Assembly: GCA_964449605.1 (NCBI GenBank)
Contig: CAYUZG010000002.1
Span: 1-53,288 of the forward strand
Source: an uncultured Verrucomicrobiota bacterium
GTDB lineage: Bacteria > Auribacterota > JABMQX01 > JAFGEW01
Reading direction: 5' to 3'
DNA: 53,288 nt
Shown: positions 7,699-15,048 of the stretch, piece after piece
Layout of the letters: every line of letters starts with the position of its first letter
How positions within the stretch are numbered: position 1 is the stretch's first letter
The notes under the pieces: model-generated
Databases searched by the model: none
What the model was told of the DNA's origin: nothing
What the model saw: the letters and a program-made list of their open reading frames with translations, nothing else
Made by a program: the position numbers and the translations under genes

Positions 7699-9621
7699 CT
7701 ACCTATTCTGCCCCGTAACGCCCAATCCCTCGCTCGCGGACGACCCGGCCACAACGGCGCCTTCACGCGCCGCGATGCCCGCGGTGACCTCCCGCAGCAG
7801 GCCGATCCAGAATTCGGCTGCCTCGATGACATCGTCCACCACCGTCACAAACTGTCTCACCGCCTCCGCCTGCCCCTGGACATCGAGCCGCCCAACCATC
7901 GATGGGCTCGCGAGACGCCGATCGCGCATGATCGTCATGGCGCGCGTGAGCGCGTCGGCCAGCAGCTCGAACGCCTCCGTGTGGGACTCGAGCGCGGCGG
8001 CCTCACGTGCGTATCGCGTTTGCAGGCGCCGGATGCGCGCCGCGTCGCAGCGGCCCTTGCCGACCTCGTTGAGGATCGTCCGCAGCGTCGAGCGGCAGGC
8101 CGTCGCGTCTCGCACGACCGCTCTGAGCTCGCGCCGCATCGACTCGACCCGGCCCAGCGCGTGCTTGCCGCTCGTCGGTGTGGCGGCCGATGCGGCCGCA
8201 TCGAGAACGCCGTCGATATCGACGTGCCGCACGCACGTGCGCGCGATGAATTCCTTAAGCGTCATCGGCCGCGTGCCGGCGATTCGCGCGCCGCCCTCGG
8301 TCGCGTCGATGCAGCCGTCAGGCAGGCGGGCCGCCCGATCGTGCAACAGCTCCTCGAAATGCTTGAGGAAGACGACCATCGAGGCATGGCTGTTGACCGG
8401 CCGCCCGAAGATGTCGGGCACGACGATCACGTTGCCGGTGTCGGTGCCGCCCGCCTCGACGCGGCTCATCGCCGCGCCTTTGACGTGCGACATGTCGCCC
8501 GTGTAGGCAAGGTCCTGCCCGACGAGCGCCACGGGCCGGCAGCCCATCTCGAGCGCCAGCAGAAACGCCGTGTGCGCCACCGACAGGCCCTTGTCGAAGC
8601 CGCCGCGCGCGCCCACCGTCTGCGAGAACCAGCGCGAGGCCGACTTGTTCGTGATCTCGGCGTAGAAGCGCGTGCCTTCGAACGCGTCGAGGATGGGCGG
8701 GTAGATCTCCGAGTCGACCACGAGCCGCAGCGCCATCGTGTCGATCCCGCCGAAGTAGCGCATGTTGTTCGACGAGAAGTCGATGCTCACCACCAGGTCG
8801 GGCGCCACGCCGTGGTCGAGCAGCACGTGGATCGCCGTGTCGACGGCGATGATGACCGCCCGGCCCTTGGCGTGGGCGAGCTCGCGCACGTTCTTGCCGA
8901 GCGATGGCCCGGCCGACACAACGATGGCCGGCACACCGTCGAACGCACCGAACAAGCCGTTGACGCCCGGCAGGCCCATGGCGGCCGGCACGTTGCGCGC
9001 CATGTTGCGCGCGTAGTGGCGCCAGCTCTTGTCACGCGAGTTGTTGTTCACCAGCGCGTAGGTGATGGCATCCTGGAGACGCTGGATCAGCTCGTGGTAG
9101 TACACCGGGTCAAGCGCGATCGACGGCGGGTGTTTGATGGCCTTCAGCCCGTTGCGCACAAGCGAGCACTCCTCGGCGCGGACCATCTTGAACACGTCGA
9201 GCGGCGCGAGGCCCGCGGCGAAGAAGATGTTGTGCGCCTCGATCGCCGTCGAGAAATCGACCTGCTCGAGGCAGCAGCGGAAGCGCTCGAGGTCGGGCTC
9301 GACGACGAGCATGAAGTCGCGGTCGTGGTCCCGCTTGAGGTACTCGAGCACGTGGTAGCCCAGCCCCAGGCCGAGCGCGACGACGTTCTCGGTTCTGGCC
9401 TCGTCGTACTTGGCGGCCAGCCGCCGGGCTTCCTCAACCGGGTCCTGGGCGCTGTGGAGCAGCCTGGGGCCCTGGCCAGGCACGACAACGGCCAGCGTCG
9501 GCGGCCCGCTCTTCGATTCGCGCACGACGAGCGACGGCCCGACCGAGCACGCGCTCACGCGCTCGGCCAGCTCGGGCTGGCGTCGCCGAAGCACGTCGAT
9601 GTTTCGCTCGAAGATACCCAC
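7699..9621 (-). CDS. Motility accessory factor (Maf / DUF115) putative flagellin glycosylTransferase, paralog 2
   Basis: GTG start 9621. The N-terminus MGIFERNIDVLRRRQPELAERV is typical of Maf proteins. Core motifs: VPAIVVSAGPSLGKNV...AVIIAVDTAIHVLLDHGVAPDLVVSID...VAHTAFLLALEMGC..VALVGQDLAY. Confidence 0.8.
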   Translation of the reverse strand: MGIFERNIDVLRRRQPELAERVSACSVGPSLVVRESKSGPPTLAVVVPGQGPRLLHSAQDPVEEARRLAAKYDEARTENVVALGLGLGYHVLEYLKRDHDRDFMLVVEPDLERFRCCLEQVDFSTAIEAHNIFFAAGLAPLDVFKMVRAEECSLVRNGLKAIKHPPSIALDPVYYHELIQRLQDAITYALVNNNSRDKSWRHYARNMARNVPAAMGLPGVNGLFGAFDGVPAIVVSAGPSLGKNVRELAHAKGRAVIIAVDTAIHVLLDHGVAPDLVVSIDFSSNNMRYFGGIDTMALRLVVDSEIYPPILDAFEGTRFYAEITNKSASRWFSQTVGARGGFDKGLSVAHTAFLLALEMGCRPVALVGQDLAYTGDMSHVKGAAMSRVEAGGTDTGNVIVVPDIFGRPVNSHASMVVFLKHFEELLHDRAARLPDGCIDATEGGARIAGTRPMTLKEFIARTCVRHVDIDGVLDAAASAATPTSGKHALGRVESMRRELRAVVRDATACRSTLRTILNEVGKGRCDAARIRRLQTRYAREAAALESHTEAFELLADALTRAMTIMRDRRLASPSMVGRLDVQGQAEAVRQFVTVVDDVIEAAEFWIGLLREVTAGIAAREGAVVAGSSASEGLGVTGQNR

Positions 9622-9652
9622 GTTGCCCGCTCCCGCGGGTGGACAGGATGGC

Positions 9653-10264
9653 TCAGGGCACCATGCCGATGAGTTGCTCGAGGAGTGCTCGCTCCTCGCG
9701 CAGCTTGGCGATCAACTCGTATTCGAGCAGATCGCTCAGTGCGACGAGATCGCCCTGCTCCATGGCTCGCTTGGTCTCCTGGAGGGCGGTGAGCAGATCC
9801 TCGTTGATGTTCCTGATCGTGCGGCCCTCGACCTCGACCTCTCCGGGGTCGTAGCCAAGGCACGCCTGCGTTGCCTGGAGCAGATGAATCACCTGGCGCC
9901 AATGCGTCAGGCACTCGCCGAACAGCGAGAACGCCTCCTGGCGCGCGCCGCACTGGAGCGCCGTGGCGACCTTGCCCAGCTTCTCCTCGAGGGCAGGCAG
10001 GCCGTCGCGCGTCTGCTCGAGCGCGGCGGTCAGCACCGCCGACGCGTCCTGCACCTGGAAGTCGATCACGTCGTCCGGCATCAGCTCGCGCTCGCGCTGC
10101 GACGCTTCTTGCTCCGGGCCGATCCGTTGGCCGTTCAGCACAAGGCCGACTGCGATCTCGTTTCGTTCTGACGCGGCACCCTGGACCGCGTCGATCAGCT
10201 CGCCGAGCGTGCGAACGCCGGACGAGGAGAGATCGACCTCAACACCGCCGATAGTTACCTGCAT
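9653..10264 (-). CDS. Hypothetical protein with a beta-grasp-like N-terminus and helical C-terminus
   Basis: ATG 10264 has AAGGA upstream. MQVTIGGVEVDL..VRTLGELIDAV....IAVGLVLNGQRI......LMPDDVIDFQV resembles the ThiS/MoaD sequence pattern. The rest is helical (LLEYELIAKLREERALLEQL). No family recognised. Confidence 0.5.
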   Translation of the reverse strand: MQVTIGGVEVDLSSSGVRTLGELIDAVQGAASERNEIAVGLVLNGQRIGPEQEASQRERELMPDDVIDFQVQDASAVLTAALEQTRDGLPALEEKLGKVATALQCGARQEAFSLFGECLTHWRQVIHLLQATQACLGYDPGEVEVEGRTIRNINEDLLTALQETKRAMEQGDLVALSDLLEYELIAKLREERALLEQLIGMVP

Positions 10265-10440
10265 GGCTGTTCCTTTCGAGCGACACTACTCCCTGCGGCA
10301 AGCGACGATACAGATTCTGTGCCAACCACGCGCCGCCCGTTTATTCAGAGAATGAGCGGTCGGAAGGGGGGGAGAATCACCACACACTGTGCCGCTCTCC
10401 CACAGACAATCGGCAGAATCTGCCGCACGAGAGGGGACGA

Positions 10441-10866
10441 TCAGGCAAGCAGGTCGACGCCCATGGCCAAGCTAATGGGTTCGCCCGTTGCCGAGCGAAG
10501 GGGTGGGCCTGGCACCGAGCTAGGCAATGCACCGTTGGACTGGTCCTGGTACATGCGCAAGGCGCATCTCTCAGACTCGTCAGCCCCGTCCGGCGGCGGG
10601 GCGGGCGAGGTCGTCGCCCGGGCGGGCGAGGTCGTCGCCCGGGCGGGCGAGGTCGTCGCCCGGGCGGCCTGCTCGGTGGAACGCGGCGCGATCAGGCTCA
10701 GGTCGACGAGCAGCTTCGGGCCGGGATCTTCGTCAACGGCACCGGCCTGCTTCGCGGTGCTCGTCCGGTCTTGACGAACGGGTGTGACGGGCGCCGTCGT
10801 CGGCCGACGATGAACGAGCCCGATGGGCAGGTACGATTGCGGTTGTGAGACGGCGGAAACGTCCAC
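10441..10866 (-). CDS. Hypothetical protein containing three perfect ARATTSP heptad repeats
   Basis: GTG 10866 has GGAG 6 nt upstream. Third-codon positions are mostly G/C in this frame. No family recognised, and the competing plus-strand ORF 10319..10774 cannot be excluded. Confidence 0.35.
   Translation of the reverse strand: MDVSAVSQPQSYLPIGLVHRRPTTAPVTPVRQDRTSTAKQAGAVDEDPGPKLLVDLSLIAPRSTEQAARATTSPARATTSPARATTSPAPPPDGADESERCALRMYQDQSNGALPSSVPGPPLRSATGEPISLAMGVDLLA
10601..10663. repeat. Perfect 21-bp tandem repeat x3 (gcgggcgaggtcgtcgcccgg) plus a partial 4th copy
   Basis: Read directly: copies at 10601-10621, 10622-10642 and 10643-10663. The unit is in frame (7 codons). Confidence 0.95.
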
Positions 10867-10893
10867 GGCAACTCCGACCGCGGCCCGGGCCGA

Positions 10894-11109
10894 TCAGGCT
10901 TTCACGTCGATGCGGGGCTCGACGACGTGGAGCCGGCGCCTCATCTGCTCGGGGAGGAACTCCGATTGCGCGCGCTGTTCATGCGCAGTCGCTTCATGCG
11001 CAGTCGCTTCCTGCGCCCGGCGCGCCGAGACAAGGCGCCGCCACTCGTCGGGGCAGCGGTACATGTTCTTGGCGTATTCCCCCTGAGGCTGGACACGGAT
11101 GGAAGCCAT
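10894..11109 (-). CDS. Hypothetical small protein (71 aa) downstream of fliS
   Basis: ATG 11109 is preceded by AGGAGG with a 6-nt spacer. The protein contains the EATAH-EATAH repeat. No family recognised. Confidence 0.45.
   Translation of the reverse strand: MASIRVQPQGEYAKNMYRCPDEWRRLVSARRAQEATAHEATAHEQRAQSEFLPEQMRRRLHVVEPRIDVKA
10978..11016. repeat. 15-bp tandem repeat (ttcatgcgcagtcgc), 2 perfect copies plus a partial imperfect third
   Basis: Copies at 10978-10992 and 10993-11007, then ttcCtgcgc. The unit is in frame (5 codons). Confidence 0.9.
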
Positions 11110-11242
11110 CCCCTACCTCCTCGCTGGCCGGGCCGCAGCGGGCGCCGCAGGCCCAACCGACGCTGTGCACAGCGTCGTCTATACAGCGGGATGGCGCGGC
11201 CGGTCAAGCCTCAAAATCGTGCCTCCAAAAGGGTGCAAGCCA

Positions 11243-11704
11243 CTAGGTGATAATGCTTACGTAGTTGTCCGACGGCGAGGAGGGATGGAGCCGCTCCTGC
11301 GGTTGGCCGCCCCGGAGCGCCTGCTCACCGCCGCCTTTCTCGAGCGCCTCGATCCAGGTTTGCTTTAGCTCGGTGAGGATCCGGATCGCCTCGTCGATGT
11401 GCTCCCGCTTACGCTGCACGTTGGCTTCGACAAGGCGCTGGATGACGTAGCTGTAGAGCCGGTAGAGGCCCTGGGCGATGTCGCCGCGCGACATGTCGAG
11501 CGAGTTCCTGAGCTCGCGCACCATGTTCTGCGCGCGGATCAGCGCCGCGCACGTCTCGTTCCGGCGGCCGGGCCCGAACAGCTCGCGGGCCTTGGCGCAG
11601 CCGGCGATCGCGCTCTCGTAGAGGATAAGGACCAGTTCCATCGGCGAGGCGTTCAGGATCTTGTTCCGCAGGTACGCCTTGGCCGGTTCGTGGGTGTCAA
11701 CCAT
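11243..11704 (-). CDS. fliS: Flagellar export chaperone FliS
   Basis: AYLRNKILNASPMELVLILYESAI...LIRAQNMVRELRNSLDM..GDIAQGLYRLYSYVIQRLVEAN matches the FliS pattern. GGGAGGG RBS. Confidence 0.85.
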   Translation of the reverse strand: MVDTHEPAKAYLRNKILNASPMELVLILYESAIAGCAKARELFGPGRRNETCAALIRAQNMVRELRNSLDMSRGDIAQGLYRLYSYVIQRLVEANVQRKREHIDEAIRILTELKQTWIEALEKGGGEQALRGGQPQERLHPSSPSDNYVSIIT

Positions 11705-11743
11705 CCGTTCCCTCCCGCAGGTGCCTGGTCTGTTCCTCCAGGG

Positions 11744-13489
11744 CTACAACAGCGCCGAGGCGCTCGTGTTGTTGGCGCTCATGCTTTGCGTCAAGATAGC
11801 GTAGATACTTGTGCTCTGCGTCTGCAGTTGCTGGAACACGGCGAACAGCTGTTCGTACTCCTTGGTCAGCTGCTCCTCGCGGCGCGCGAGGGCATCTTCC
11901 TTGCGGCTGATCTTCTTCTCGACGCTGTCGATCCGATCCTCGATGTGCTCCTTGTGCTCGGTGATGTAGCCGCTGTACTGCTTCGTGTAGTCCTGGAGGT
12001 AATCGTACACCTCGTCCGCGAAGCCGCCGTCGTCGTAGAGCCCATCGCTGTCGGTGTTATAGGCGAAGAGCTGGAACACGTCGTTCGCGCTCTCCTCGAG
12101 CGCGTCCTTCAGCTCGTCGGGATCGAACGTGATCGTCTTGGCCTTCGTGTCGTGCTCGACCACGAGGCCAACCTCCGAGAGATACGAGAGGGCGCCCGGG
12201 TTATCGACGCCGGAGTAGACGAGCGAGCGCAGCCGGCGGCGCAGCGACTTGACCTTCATGTCGCCCTTGAGCGGGGAGTTCGCATCCGTCTCCTTCGAGT
12301 AGAGCAGGTCGACGGTCTTGTTGTACTGCGTGACGAACGCCTCAACCGCCTCGACCGCCGTGTCGGTGTCCTTGGCGACGGTGATCGACGCCGTGCCACT
12401 GCCGCGCAGGGTGAACGTCGTGCCGTTGATCGTGAAGGTGTTCGAATCGCGCGTCAGCGCCTGGCCGTTGAGCGTGAACGTCGCGTCGGTGCCTTCGTGT
12501 GTGCCCGTGGCGATCTGGAGCTCGGAGAACAAGCCCGCCGTGTCGTTCGACAGCTCGATCTCCTGCCCCGATTCGGTCGAGGTCAGCGTGATCTTGTCGT
12601 CGACGCTGTCGTAGAAGGCGAGCACGCCGGCGGCCGAGGCGTTGATCTCGTTGACCAGGTCGCTCAGGCTGTCCTCGGACACGTCGACGGCGAACGTGAT
12701 CCCGTTGATCGTGAAGTAGCCGTCGGTGACCGCCAGCGCCGTGTCCTCGATGTCCTTGTCATAGTCGGCGTAGTCGCCCGTCGTCTCGTCCGGGTCGGGG
12801 TTGCCGTTGCCCGAGGCGAGCTTCATCGCGTCGAAAAACCCGGTCGTGTCGTCCTCGAGGTTGATGAAGTAGTTCGGCCCGACCGTGTCCTGGGTGATCG
12901 TGACCTTGTCGCCGCTGATCGTGGCGGCGACCCCGGCGCCCGAGGCGTTGATCTTGCCGAGGATCGTCATGATCGTATCGCTGGCGGTCACCGTGATGAG
13001 CTTGGAGTTCACGTAGAACGTGCCGGACACAATCGACTTGTCGGAATCGAGGTCGACGTTGCCGCTGTCGATCCGCTCGTTGAAGTCGGCGTCGCTCCCC
13101 TCGGTGTTGATCTCCTCCCCGCTCGTGATCGACCTGTAGACGCCTTGGCCAAGGCCGAGCGCGCCGGACGATTGCGCCGTCGCGGCGGTGGCAAGGGTGA
13201 TGTCCGAAAAGGTGTAGGTGGTTTCCGACGCGTTCGTGCCCGCCTCTGCGGTGACGACTTCGGCATCGGAGCTTGTGGCCGTTTTCGACAGGAAGGTCGA
13301 CGCATCCCTCAGCGCGTCCAGCGCCGTCTGGAGTGCCTTGAGGCTGGTGCGGATCCCATCCCAGGCGTCGATCTGGTTCTCGTAGGTCTTCTTCTTGGTC
13401 TCGAGCGCTTGCAGGGGGCGGCTCTCGAGTGCCATGAGCTGTGCGACGAGATCTTGGATATCGTAGGTGTTGGTGACTGGCTGGAACAT
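11744..13489 (-). CDS. fliD: Flagellar filament capping protein FliD (HAP2)
   Basis: From ATG 13489 the protein reads MFQPVTNTYDIQDLVAQLMALESRPLQALETKKKTYENQIDAWDGIRTSL. The C-terminus has ...ITEHKEHIEDRIDSVEKKISRKEDALARREEQLTKEYEQLFAVFQQLQTQ, which is typical of FliD. Confidence 0.85.
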   Translation of the reverse strand: MFQPVTNTYDIQDLVAQLMALESRPLQALETKKKTYENQIDAWDGIRTSLKALQTALDALRDASTFLSKTATSSDAEVVTAEAGTNASETTYTFSDITLATAATAQSSGALGLGQGVYRSITSGEEINTEGSDADFNERIDSGNVDLDSDKSIVSGTFYVNSKLITVTASDTIMTILGKINASGAGVAATISGDKVTITQDTVGPNYFINLEDDTTGFFDAMKLASGNGNPDPDETTGDYADYDKDIEDTALAVTDGYFTINGITFAVDVSEDSLSDLVNEINASAAGVLAFYDSVDDKITLTSTESGQEIELSNDTAGLFSELQIATGTHEGTDATFTLNGQALTRDSNTFTINGTTFTLRGSGTASITVAKDTDTAVEAVEAFVTQYNKTVDLLYSKETDANSPLKGDMKVKSLRRRLRSLVYSGVDNPGALSYLSEVGLVVEHDTKAKTITFDPDELKDALEESANDVFQLFAYNTDSDGLYDDGGFADEVYDYLQDYTKQYSGYITEHKEHIEDRIDSVEKKISRKEDALARREEQLTKEYEQLFAVFQQLQTQSTSIYAILTQSMSANNTSASALL

Positions 13490-13550
13490 CGCCTGTCGTC
13501 GCTCCCGTCTGCCGCGGCGCAGTCGCACACCGCAGGCCGTCTCCGTCTAG

Positions 13551-13577
13551 GTATCGGCCAGAGGGCCGTTCGCTATA
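13551..13577 (-). promoter_or_regulatory. Candidate sigma28 (FliA) promoter upstream of fliD
   Basis: Minus strand reads TATA-N15-GCCGATAC against the consensus TAAA-N15-GCCGATAA. It lies about 60 nt upstream of the fliD ATG. Confidence 0.35.
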
Positions 13578-13610
13578 GCGAAAACGCGCAGCCGCGGGCA
13601 ACGGGGTGCT

Positions 13611-13641
13611 GGCACCCCCGGCGCTGGAAGCCGGGGGCGCC
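13611..13641 (-). terminator. GC-rich hairpin downstream of flagellin 1 (possible terminator without a U-tract)
   Basis: ggcacccccggc / gccgggggcgcc pair at 11 of 12 positions around a 7-nt loop. The hairpin lies 35 nt after the flagellin stop, and no U-run follows it. Confidence 0.35.
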
Positions 13642-13675
13642 AGCTATGGCATACTCAGCGTTGCGCGCCGAACCC

Positions 13676-14503
13676 TTAGCCTCCGAACAGGCTCAGGATC
13701 GAGTACGGCGCCGTGTTCGCCTGGGTCAGCATCGCCAAGGCCGTCTGCTGCAGAATCTGGTACTTGGTGACCGCCATCTGCTCCTGGGCGATGTCGGCAT
13801 CGGCGATTGTGCTCAAGCTCGCCTGCAGGTTGACCAGCTCGGTGTCGCTGACGTCTTTCTCGAACTCGAGACGCATGATCCAGGACCCGATCTGCTCCTG
13901 GTCCTGCACGAGGCGGTTGATCGCGCCCGAGATGTTGGTCAGCGTGGTCTCGATCTTCGTCGTCACCGAGCTGCTCGACGGGCTGCCGGTCACGTCGATG
14001 TCCGCCGCCTCGACACTGAGGTTGGCCGCCGTCGGCACGGCGCTGCCGCTCAGCGACACGTTCGACAGGTTGCCGAGCGTGAACCCGCTGTAGAGGCTCG
14101 GCGAGACACCGCTGTTGAGCACGTCGACGATCTCCAGGCGCAGCTCGTTGAGCTGCATCTGGAGGCCGACTCGCTCGGCGCTGGTGACACCACCGGCCTT
14201 CGCCTGCGAAGCGAGGTCGCTCATCTGGATGAGCATGTCGACCACGTTCGACAGCTTGCTGTCGTTCGTCTGGAGCCAGTTGACGCCACGCTCCAGGTTC
14301 TCATTGAACCGCTTCTTGCCCGCGATGTCCCGTTCGAACAGGCGCTTGACGTAGTAGCCCGACGGGCTGTCGGACGCGCGATTGATCCTCAAGCCGGTGG
14401 AAATCCGCTCGGCTGCCTTCACAATCGCGTCGTTGATCTTCGAGACCGTCAGATACGCGCGGAGAGCGGCGACGTTGGTGTTGATGCGTGCAAGGTCACC
14501 CAT
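13676..14503 (-). CDS. fliC: Flagellin (short, divergent), paralog 1
   Basis: From ATG 14503 (GGAGGA RBS): MGDLARINTNVAALRAY...ERISTGLRINRASDSPSGYYV...LQTNDSKLS...C-terminal IAQEQMAVTKYQILQQTALAMLTQAN. The upstream part of ORF 13676..14563 is rejected. Confidence 0.9.
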   Translation of the reverse strand: MGDLARINTNVAALRAYLTVSKINDAIVKAAERISTGLRINRASDSPSGYYVKRLFERDIAGKKRFNENLERGVNWLQTNDSKLSNVVDMLIQMSDLASQAKAGGVTSAERVGLQMQLNELRLEIVDVLNSGVSPSLYSGFTLGNLSNVSLSGSAVPTAANLSVEAADIDVTGSPSSSSVTTKIETTLTNISGAINRLVQDQEQIGSWIMRLEFEKDVSDTELVNLQASLSTIADADIAQEQMAVTKYQILQQTALAMLTQANTAPYSILSLFGG

Positions 14504-14510
14504 TAGTTGA

Positions 14511-14547
14511 TCCTCCCTGATTCTTCTCCCGGACGTCCTTGCCCGGG
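14511..14547 (-). promoter_or_regulatory. Candidate CsrA binding sites in the flagellin 1 leader (SD AGGGAGGA plus a hairpin-loop AAGGA)
   Basis: Minus strand reads cccgg-GCAAGGACGT-ccggg (14528-14547), then the SD tcAGGGAGGA (14511-14520). This places GGA in a hairpin loop and GGA in the SD. Confidence 0.4.
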
Positions 14548-14765
14548 TGAGTTCTTCAGGCACGCACTGTATGTGGGGCCTGATCTGTTTGCGACGACTG
14601 CGCGAGCTTGCGCTCGCGTGTCAGAAGAGGTCCCGTCTTCCTTCGTCGCATCCGCCGTCGTGGGCGGTCATCCGCTCCCAAGGCCCGCTCGCTGCTGCGC
14701 TATCACGCTCCTTTCTGTGGTCGGGGTCGTGTCAGAGTTCCGCTATCATTGCTTACTCGCGTCGA

Positions 14766-14792
14766 CTATCGGCGGGTGTCGCGTCGGCTTTA
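14766..14792 (-). promoter_or_regulatory. Sigma28 (FliA) promoter for flagellin 1
   Basis: Minus strand reads TAAA-gccgacgcgacaccc-GCCGATAG, i.e. consensus TAAA-N15-GCCGATAA with one mismatch. It lies 32 nt after the csrA stop and implies a leader of about 250 nt. Confidence 0.6.
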
Positions 14793-14823
14793 GCCCTGTT
14801 TGCGCCCCATGCCGCCAGCTATC

Positions 14824-15048
14824 CTAGATCTGGAGAAGGCTCCGGACCTGATCGAGGTCGAACGGCTGGCTCTCGGCCGCCCGGATGTTCTGCGACCGGA
14901 TGAGCTCGTAGATCTCCTTGCGGTGCACGGGCACGCAGCGTGGAGCCTGGACGCCGATCTTGACGTGGTCACCGCGCACCTCGGTGACCACCACCTCGAT
15001 GTTGCCGATCATGATGCTCTGGTTGACTCTGCGATCGAGCACTAGCAT
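14824..15048 (-). CDS. csrA: Carbon storage regulator CsrA
   Basis: MLVLDRRVNQSIMIGNIEVVVTEVRGDHVKIGVQAPRCVPVHRKEIYELI is the canonical CsrA sequence. Confidence 0.9.
   Translation of the reverse strand: MLVLDRRVNQSIMIGNIEVVVTEVRGDHVKIGVQAPRCVPVHRKEIYELIRSQNIRAAESQPFDLDQVRSLLQI

Noticed and set aside
10407-10414. Minus-strand GCCGATTG (-10-like) upstream of the 203-aa gene / maf operon.
   Set aside because: The -35 position reads CTCT or CCTC, not TAAA. This is too weak to call a sigma28 promoter.
11399-14506. Very long plus-strand ORF (1035 aa). Similar giants occur at 20737..23601 (+), 7540..9672 (+), 46652..48949 (-), 38751..40106 (-) and 45210..46724 (+).
   Set aside because: These are shadow ORFs typical of high-GC DNA. 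Their translations are Arg/Ala/Gly/Asp-rich low-complexity sequence with no recognisable domains. They lie exactly opposite to, or out of frame with, unmistakable flagellar genes (fliD, flagellin, flgA/G/F, maf, flhB/fliR, TPR, flhA).
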